A stretch of 64,000 bases of DNA, taken from the NCBI GenBank assembly GCA_963693365.1, contig CAVNZM010000010.1, forward strand, positions 7,813,794-7,877,793, given 5' to 3'. This document shows, piece after piece, positions 55,834 through 64,000 of the stretch. The notes under the pieces are model-generated. The model saw nothing but the letters and a program-made list of their open reading frames with translations. It ran no database searches and was not told the DNA's origin. Within the stretch, counting starts at the first letter, position 1, and each line of letters opens with the position of its first letter. The position numbers and the translations under genes were made by a program. Origin of the DNA: Amoebidium appalachense. Its lineage: Eukaryota; Protista; Ichthyosporea.

Positions 55834-57939
55834 ATGGACCGGCTCACACTCAAAGATGGCAGTGGGAGTGCACATTCGAATGGGGTGCTTGATCATCACG
55901 TTGACATGAAACCGACCGAAATTGCAACACCGATATACGATTCAAATGGAGCACAAGGCCGCGATGTGGTCAGCCATCTAATGGATGTACTCGGCGATCG
56001 GCTTTCGCCAGAATGTCACGAATTTCGCAGATACCTAGAGGCGGAACTTTCACAGGAGAACCTGATTTTTTGGTTCAAGTGCGAAACCTATAAGCAGCTG
56101 GTGGATCATCCAGATGCTGATGCCCAAGTTGCCATTGCGTATTTGCGCAAAGTTTGGTCACAACATGTGCGGGCAGGCAGTGCTCAGCAGGTGAATTTGG
56201 AGCAAGCGGTGCGAGATGCGGTATGGAAATCGCTTACCGACGCAACAGCGGCGGTTGGGGATGGGAAAGAGAAGACCATGCCCGACTACCACACTCTCGA
56301 TGCGGCACAGCAGGAGATTCTGCACATGATGGCACACAACCAATTCCCGAGGTTTCTTCTCTACCGAGAAACGGGCAATGGCGTCGACTGCGACGGCCTC
56401 TATCAGGGTCCGATCTCCACGCCAACGGCGTCGATTTTTGAGCACGCGTTTGTACGGGACAACAAGAAAAGCGGCTCCAGCACGTGCGGCAAATGCGGCA
56501 AGTTCATCTTCGTGCAGGCGCAGAAGTGCCTCTACTGCCGTGTGTGCTGCCACCTCGAGTGCGCACTAGAGGCGGTGGAGGCTCAGATGCCCTGCCCCCG
56601 CACGGGCAACCGGCGGAGTCTTTTTGATGTCCCGTTGGTGCCTTCGGATACCTCCGAAAAGGCTGCATCTGTTCTTGGCGCCACGCCCCTCGATACATCA
56701 CAGGCGGCGGACGGGCCAGTAGTTACGGGTCGGGCCATGAAGCTTCTCGGGCCAAGGACATTCGGGTCGTTCAACCGGCTAGACCAGCTGGGCCCACCCA
56801 CACCAGGAAGTCACCGGCCCTCCGACGACGGACCAGACAACACGGTCGGCACTCCGCGACGAATTTCAAAATCGACCCTCGGCAAGCGGCATTCGGCGAA
56901 CTCGCTTATGAGTGTTCTATGCCGGTTAAAGGGCACTGTAAGCAACGCGGGCAAGGCGGATGGAACCGAGGTATACAGCGGCAGTTGTGACCATGACCTA
57001 CGACACCTCTCCATGTCTCCGGGGACGCAACCTCCTGGTCGTCGCCTGCATTCGTATTCGGACTCGGGCAAGGCGGGTACTTACCGCCTAGCGCGGTCGC
57101 TCAGTTCGGCACTCAGCCGCACCAAGTCGTCCACATCTGACGGGCCGGTAGACGATCCGAGACTACACAGCCAAAGCAACGACGGCACAGGAAAACGCGG
57201 CAGTATGGTGCCCATGGATTCCATTGATTCGCTGCTCGGACGGGCGTTGGATCTTACCAGCAGCAGCCAGGACCAACTGGGCCTTGTGTGCGAAGACCAC
57301 CTGTGGTTCGGAGACGCTACTCCCATCGCTACGCCGACCGACCGCCGACACCACCGGCAGAATGTATTTTCGTTCTCGGCGGATGGGGTGCACGGACGGC
57401 AGCGGTCTATGAGCAAAGACGACATGTACGTGTCAGGTATTCCCGAGGGGGTGGTTGTAGGCGAGGAAGAAGTGGAGGAGGAGGAAACCCCGGAAGAAGA
57501 AACACCAATCAGCGACCGTCGGTTACGAAGTTCGAGTCTAGCGTGGGACTTTCATCTGGAGGAATCTAAACAGGCGAACCAGGCGGACGGCGCGGAGGAG
57601 GAGGGGTTAACATTCAGCGAGTTTATATGCCGGATGGAGTTGTTTGACGCAAACAAGCAGAAGGGAAACCCCCTCAAATCAAAGTCGAACGATATCTCTC
57701 CACAGTTCCTCCAAGTTTTCGACAGCAAATTTCCTGGACGACCGGGGAGCACAGGCCTCGCCGGCTATTTGGGTAGAAAGCAAGCGCCTGCAGAAGTCGA
57801 AACGGCCCCAGGCACCCCCCTACCCGAAATTATTGATTTAGCTGGGAGTACGGACTCGACACTGGGGGATAGGAGAAGGAATTCACGGGGACAGAAAATA
57901 ATGAAGGGCCTGAAGAAGGTCATGGGTAAAGGGTTGTAG
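55834..57939 (+). CDS. RGS-domain plus C1-domain signalling protein with long disordered tail (one large exon; upstream exons possible)
   Basis: RGS: EFRRYLEAELSQENLIFW, QQVNL, AQQEILHMM..NQFPRFL. C1: HAF..CGKCGKFI...KCLYCRVCCHLEC...C. ATG 55834 follows an acceptor-like CAG. Confidence 0.88.
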   Translation: MDRLTLKDGSGSAHSNGVLDHHVDMKPTEIATPIYDSNGAQGRDVVSHLMDVLGDRLSPECHEFRRYLEAELSQENLIFWFKCETYKQLVDHPDADAQVAIAYLRKVWSQHVRAGSAQQVNLEQAVRDAVWKSLTDATAAVGDGKEKTMPDYHTLDAAQQEILHMMAHNQFPRFLLYRETGNGVDCDGLYQGPISTPTASIFEHAFVRDNKKSGSSTCGKCGKFIFVQAQKCLYCRVCCHLECALEAVEAQMPCPRTGNRRSLFDVPLVPSDTSEKAASVLGATPLDTSQAADGPVVTGRAMKLLGPRTFGSFNRLDQLGPPTPGSHRPSDDGPDNTVGTPRRISKSTLGKRHSANSLMSVLCRLKGTVSNAGKADGTEVYSGSCDHDLRHLSMSPGTQPPGRRLHSYSDSGKAGTYRLARSLSSALSRTKSSTSDGPVDDPRLHSQSNDGTGKRGSMVPMDSIDSLLGRALDLTSSSQDQLGLVCEDHLWFGDATPIATPTDRRHHRQNVFSFSADGVHGRQRSMSKDDMYVSGIPEGVVVGEEEVEEEETPEEETPISDRRLRSSSLAWDFHLEESKQANQADGAEEEGLTFSEFICRMELFDANKQKGNPLKSKSNDISPQFLQVFDSKFPGRPGSTGLAGYLGRKQAPAEVETAPGTPLPEIIDLAGSTDSTLGDRRRNSRGQKIMKGLKKVMGKGL

Positions 57940-57944
57940 GGTCC

Positions 57945-58010
<66 letters not shown>

Positions 58011-59019
58011 CACACACACTGCACGCAAATAATTACATTTTTAGTACCTTCTCGTGTACAGTGATCTCTGTAGTTTTTCTTCAGTATTACTCCTGTATGT
58101 TTATGTCATCATGAAAGTAGCAATATGTATAGACCCGCCTAGTTTCGATTGTGCCCGTGTCGTCTGTTCAGCCATGACACACGCATGTTTAATTGGACAC
58201 ACCCACGTGCGGACACTAGTAGGCAATGGTCCCACCATACGCTCACAACTTACCACACACGCACCGTGATGGTGGATACATTCTGATACACACGTGCATG
58301 TAAACACTTTCGAAGGGGAAGGGGGTGGGGTGGGTGTTTTTTTTTTTTTTTTTTTTTTTTTTGGGGGGGGGGGGGGGGGGGTTGACAGCACCGGTACCCC
58401 ACACTTGTATTTTGGGTCTTAGTTGAAGGAACACTTTTAGGTTGGGTGACCTGCATGGGTGGCACAACGTATGTAAATATAACATAATGTAATTGTGCAT
58501 TGTAATACATGCACACAACTGAGCACCCTTGCCATCAATTTGATTTAGTACAGGGCTGCTTCCTTCAGAGATCTCTCCTGAACCTGGGTTTGTTATTATG
58601 TAGGCGGCGTTCTGCAGCTGAACAAATAGGTATGGCCTAGCCTTAATCTTTTAGTTCAATGATATTTTTCAAGGTTTTTTTTTTTTTTTTTTTTGTTAGT
58701 CTACCATAGTATCACGGGGGGTGTTGCAAGAAGTGGTTTCGATGACATTCCTGGTTGATCAAAGTGGACTGAGTGCGTGTGACTTGCGCAACTCTGTCAT
58801 GCACGTGCACGAAGGTTATAAAATACGGCCATAGGCCTGGGGCCCTGGGGAAATATAAGCTTGAACCTAATTACGACAGAGTCCTGCATTGTGGCCATAA
58901 TATATTAACACCTCCTATGGTTGGTATATTGGATAATTGCGTGCAAAATGACCATGTAGGCAATTATTCTGTTAACGGTTGCAGTGCAATAATATTAATA
59001 ACAGCTTTTTCTTCATACT

Positions 59020-59058
<39 letters not shown>

Positions 59059-59811
59059 ACCCACCCACCCATGTTCAAGTGACACAGTATCTGAGTTGGG
59101 TTTTGTTAGGAGGTGAATGGGTCGAAACTCGGGTACTGTGGATGACGTGGGCCCACCCTGAGGATGGGCGCTGCTTATTATGCATACTGTTTATGCATGG
59201 TTTGCATTCTGCATCGTGTTATCCGTTGTTCATGTGTACTTCGTACTTCGAATTATGACGCATTCAACCCCCCCCCCCCCCCCCCCCCCCCCCCGCCGGT
59301 GGTTTCCTCTCCAGATCCCGCCATCAGCACACGCACGCACGCACGCACACGCACGTGCGCGCGCGCACACACACACACATGCACGCGCGCGCGCGTACAC
59401 ACACACGTGCACCTGCCTTGTCTGCTTATATTCAACACGCGCATTCACAATTGGTGCATACCACATATGCATGAGAACTGATAGCAAAGAGCCTCCGGGC
59501 AGGGGGGGGGGGGGGGGGGGGACATGTACAGTGCACTTTTATTGGCCGGTCCCGCTGGCACATCCGGATCCAGGAACACCTGAGGTGCACCCCATGGATA
59601 TTTACATATGCAAATGTATCGCCACCCCTCTGTTTATGCATCAGCTACTCAGTAGTACTATACGGTCATCGATCAGCATATTAGAAGCCTTGAAAACGAT
59701 GGGGAGGATCGAGGAGAGGGGGGAGGGGGGGGAAGAGGGGGGGGGGGAAGAGAGAGAGAGAGAGCAAGAGAGCAAGAGCGAGAGAGAGAGAGGGGGGGGG
59801 GGGGGGGGGGG

Positions 59812-59886
<75 letters not shown>

Positions 59887-61924
59887 CGAACAACGGGGGG
59901 GGGGGGGGGGGGGGGAGGGGGGGGGGGGGGGAGGCAGGCAGGACGATAATTTGTGCAAAATGCAATATTATGGATAAAACACTAAAGGTAAAATGAGTTA
60001 TGAGTGTATGGCCCCATGGCCTGGGGAGGGAGGGAGGGAAAGGGTGGGGCGGTGGGGGGTGGGGGAGGGGGAGGGGGGGGGGAGGGAGGGCCGTGTTGGG
60101 CAGACCGGCATCATTTACAAGACCTCAGCGAAATTCGGAACATAGGGCCTGTCAAAAATGCCACTGTAAGAATACAAGTATTTCAGAATATATATAACAA
60201 TTCTCCATGGCCAGGCATCGAATTTGGAGCGTTTAGAAATGAATTCATCCAAGAGATATTCGGCAGTTAGAATGTGGGCACTGGTGCACTTGTGGCGGCA
60301 AGGGTGTGCGTGTATGTTTGTGTGTGTGTGAGTGTGGGAGGGGGGGGGGAGGGGCGGGGAGGGGGGAGTATTGAAGTGTACACGTGTGTGTGTGTGTGTG
60401 TGTGTTTTGTGTGTGTGTGTGTGTGTGCGCAAGAGAGGGGGTGGGGTGGGGTGGGGTGGGGGGGGGGGGGAAGGCTTACGTGTCGTCAAAGATACGAAAC
60501 GAACGGTGCCGTGCAGAACCGCAGGCTATAAATGCTATGTGGTGCTTCACGGGACGCGGGGTGTGGGTGGGGATTTTTTTTTCTTTTTTTTTTTCTTTTT
60601 TTTTGGGGGGGGGGGAGGGGGGGGGGGGAAGGGGGGGGGGGGAGATGGGCAGAGAGAGGATGGGGAGGTGGCCGGGGGGGGGGGGGGGGGGGGGGGGGGG
60701 AGGGGGGAGGGGGGGAGGGGGGAGGGGAGGGGACGTCACCCGTGTGCTGTTTGGATATGTGTGTGTGCGTATGGATCTGTGTTTGTGCGTGTGTACCCAT
60801 GGAACAGAGTGTGATAGGTGAGATGCCTATAGGGAACGATGCAACTGTTTGTGAGCACGAGGGGGACTGAGAGCAAGACTAAGAAATGAGGAAGGGAATC
60901 CTACATACTCATATGTGCATGCACACACCGTGACAAACACACACGAGCACATGAAGAGGGAGGAGTAAATATACTTGAAGAAAGGAAGTTGTTGGTCAAA
61001 GCAAGACATCCAAGAGACTGCTATGAGAGCCCTGCAGCAGCTGGGTTCCCAAGAAGAAAAAAAAAAAGAAAGAGGAAAACAAAGGAGTTGGAAGCAGAAC
61101 CGAAATAGTTTAGGGAATGGAACAGAAATGACGAGTAAGAAAAAGTGGCCGGACTCACGGGAAAGCTTGTTGGTTTCGTAACTCGAATGTTACCAAGTTC
61201 CTCACCTTGTCAACTTGAATGCCGGGGAGATCTAGAAAGTGGACTTATACGTTTGCTCATAAACAGAAACCATAGTACTAAGCAAATCAAGAAACATCGA
61301 CGATGTCTATCAGAGATTGGAAAGCACTTTTTCCACTCCGTTTCTTTTCTTCCAGCTTTCCACCCGGGAGAAAACATCCTAACAAAACGGGAAGGTGAGC
61401 ACATAGCCACGCTGACTTCATTCGATCCCAGGCCATGATGTCCATTGCTAATGGGCATTGAGTACTCAAAGGCATAACTCTAAGCGGATGTGGTAACCAG
61501 CGTTTTGTACTTTTTTTTTTTTTTTTTTTTTTTTTTTCTTTTTCCCCTGCATCAGTTGCATGCATGTCCCAAGACGTTTATGCATGTCCCAAGACATAGG
61601 TGATCCATCTCACACGGCTTGAACGTAAACTCGGAACTGTGTCATAAAACTGATCTCGGCGGAGCCTCGATCTGTGGCCCAATCTCCATACGAGGCAGTG
61701 GGGAAGCGTAGCGCGCGCGCGCGCGTGTGTGTGTGTGTGCGTGTGTGGGGGAGGTGAAGGAGAGGCGGGTTGGGGGAGGAGGTAGAAGAGGTATCGGGTA
61801 GGGAGAGGGAAGTTGCATGTGTGTGTGCGGGCGGGGGAGCTACCATATGAGAGGAGTTAGGCACTTATGCAGTGCGGGTGTGTTGATTTGTGTGTGTTGG
61901 GTGTTATGGGTGTGTGTGTGTGGG

Positions 61925-61960
<36 letters not shown>

Positions 61961-61982
61961 AGGGGAAGGGGAGAGGATGCAG

Positions 61983-62044
<62 letters not shown>

Positions 62045-62122
62045 TGTGTGTATTGTGCACACATGTGTGTGTGTGTGTGTGTGTGCGTGCGTGTGTGTCT
62101 GCAGTGCGTGTGTGCGTGTGTG

Positions 62123-62161
<39 letters not shown>

Positions 62162-63045
62162 AGAGGTGTGTGTGTGTGTGTTTGTGTGGGTGTGTTTGTG
62201 TGTGTTTGCGTGCACATGATATGGTATGCGCGTGTGAGTGGTAGGGAGTGGCTGTTGATAAACACTCTCCCCACGGCAACAGAAAGACATTTTCTTTGCA
62301 GCAACAACCAATTACATTTCACTACCGGCATACCAGTGATAAATAACGGTAAACAACAGTACGTAGGTATGGGAAGGCTGTACCTGTTGCTGTCGCGGTG
62401 TTGTTGTCGACGGTGATTTAGGGATTTATGAAATCACCATTCGTTAAAGTTGGAGTTGAAAGCAATTGTGTTCCTATTGCGTGGAAGTACACTGGAGTGC
62501 CTTGTATTCTTTCTTCACCAGAACACAATGGAAATGAAAACGTACGTTGATTTTCTCGTTTTGGTGAATTGGTCCGTGCCCTTCAACCTTTTGTATTGGA
62601 GAGAGAGAAGGTAAATACCCCCTGAAATCGGTATGTAGTGCCATCAATTCTCCACCGTCAGCTGCCATGCTGAAACCGGATAGACTTTGAACTGAATGCG
62701 ATCGCTACGTTTTGTAGTTGGTGTATATATGCCAGAATAATAATTTATGACAGTTGCGGTTAAAGAGGGGACTGTGCGTGTTGTTTTTTTGGAGATTTGT
62801 GACTCGTTTACATATCTGAATAAAGATTTTTTATTTTCAGCTGGAATCTGAATTGTGGGACTCATCGGCCGTTGCTGTTTTCCCCTTATACCTTGCTCTT
62901 CCCTTGTTGTTTGATTGCTCGTGCTCTTCCCGTTGCTTGCTCTGTTTCCCTGATCCCTTTCGTTCCCTTCCATTGCTGTTCCCTTCTCTTACCCGTGGTT
63001 TTTTCTTCCCCATTCCCGTTCTGTTTAAGCTTTTGTGGTGTGTGT

Positions 63046-63098
<53 letters not shown>

Positions 63099-63746
63099 TG
63101 TATGTGTGCGTGCGTGCATGCGTGCGTGTGATACTGTGGCAATTACCTGCAGACTGCCAGTCGTTGCAACTTGCGACACAATGGAGGTTTGTGTGCCAAT
63201 CAGATTATTGCACGTGGCATACACTTGCATGTGTTTCGGAGTATAGGTGTGTGTGTGTGTGTGTCTGTGTGTGTGTACGGAGTGTGCACGTGTGTACGCG
63301 TGCGTATGTGTGTGTGTGTGTGGGTACGCACGTGTGTTTGTGTGTGTGTAGATTGTAGCTGTCCCCCTCCTCCCCCCCCCCTCCCCCCTCCCCCCTCCCC
63401 TTTGGTATTTATATCCGTCGATATCTCTCAAGCCATTAGCCCGGCAAGGTTAGGCTGAAACATCCATTAGCTTCCCAGTTGTGAGTAGGAAGTATGGATC
63501 CCCCCCCCCTCCCCCCTTCCCCTTGGGGCCCCTGTTCCCCGCTTAGAGCAGGCCACGGAAATGAGTTGTGTACGTGTGTATGTGTGTACGGGCACGTGTG
63601 TGTGTGTGTGTGCATGTGTGTGTATGTGTGTGCGTGGGTGCGTGTGTAGGGGAACAATTTGGTTAATAGGTAGAAGGGGAAAGTTGTGTGTCGGTGTGTG
63701 TGTGTGTGTGTGTGTCTGTGTGTGTGTACGGTGTGTGTGTGTGTGT

Positions 63747-63831
<85 letters not shown>

Positions 63832-64000
63832 TGTGTGTGTACGTATCGGGGTCACGGTCTGTACACGTGTGTGTGTGTGTGTGTACGCGTGTGTACGCGT
63901 GTGTACGTGTGTATGCCGTGTGTTTCAGAGAGCCAATGAAACTTTCCCAACTTTAGCATGTCTGGATTGTAGCTGTCATGTCCCCCCTCCCCCCCCTCCC

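Noticed and set aside
62474-62973. AT-rich minus-strand ORFs with YLPSLSPIQK, faintly like a Tc1/mariner DDE motif
   Set aside because: No other transposase motifs or TIRs; too weak

Overview
Eukaryotic genomic DNA in two very different halves. Positions 1 to about 28770 are a gene-dense, intronless endogenous DNA virus of the Polinton/Maverick, adintovirus or Polinton-like virus (PLV) type, whose left end lies outside the window. It carries a protein-primed family B polymerase, an RVE integrase, an A32-like packaging ATPase, a double jelly-roll major capsid, a penton-like minor capsid and fibre-like proteins. Its unusual cargo includes a poxvirus VLTF3-like late transcription factor, a phage Dam-type N6-adenine methyltransferase, a 7-TM GPCR-like protein and a candidate SSB. 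Five viral genes can be reconstructed only across short frameshifts that the ORF track hides, and no adenain-type protease is visible. Positions about 28800 to 64000 are microsatellite- and G-tract-rich host DNA containing a LINE RT-tail relic, a stand-alone VTC polyphosphate-polymerase-domain gene, a 15-kb spliced Unkempt homolog (six CCCH fingers plus RING; exons reconstructed by hand) and an RGS+C1 domain gene. VTC together with a RING-bearing Unkempt suggests a non-animal host such as a unicellular holozoan (inference). All family calls come from reading motifs by eye; no searches were run.
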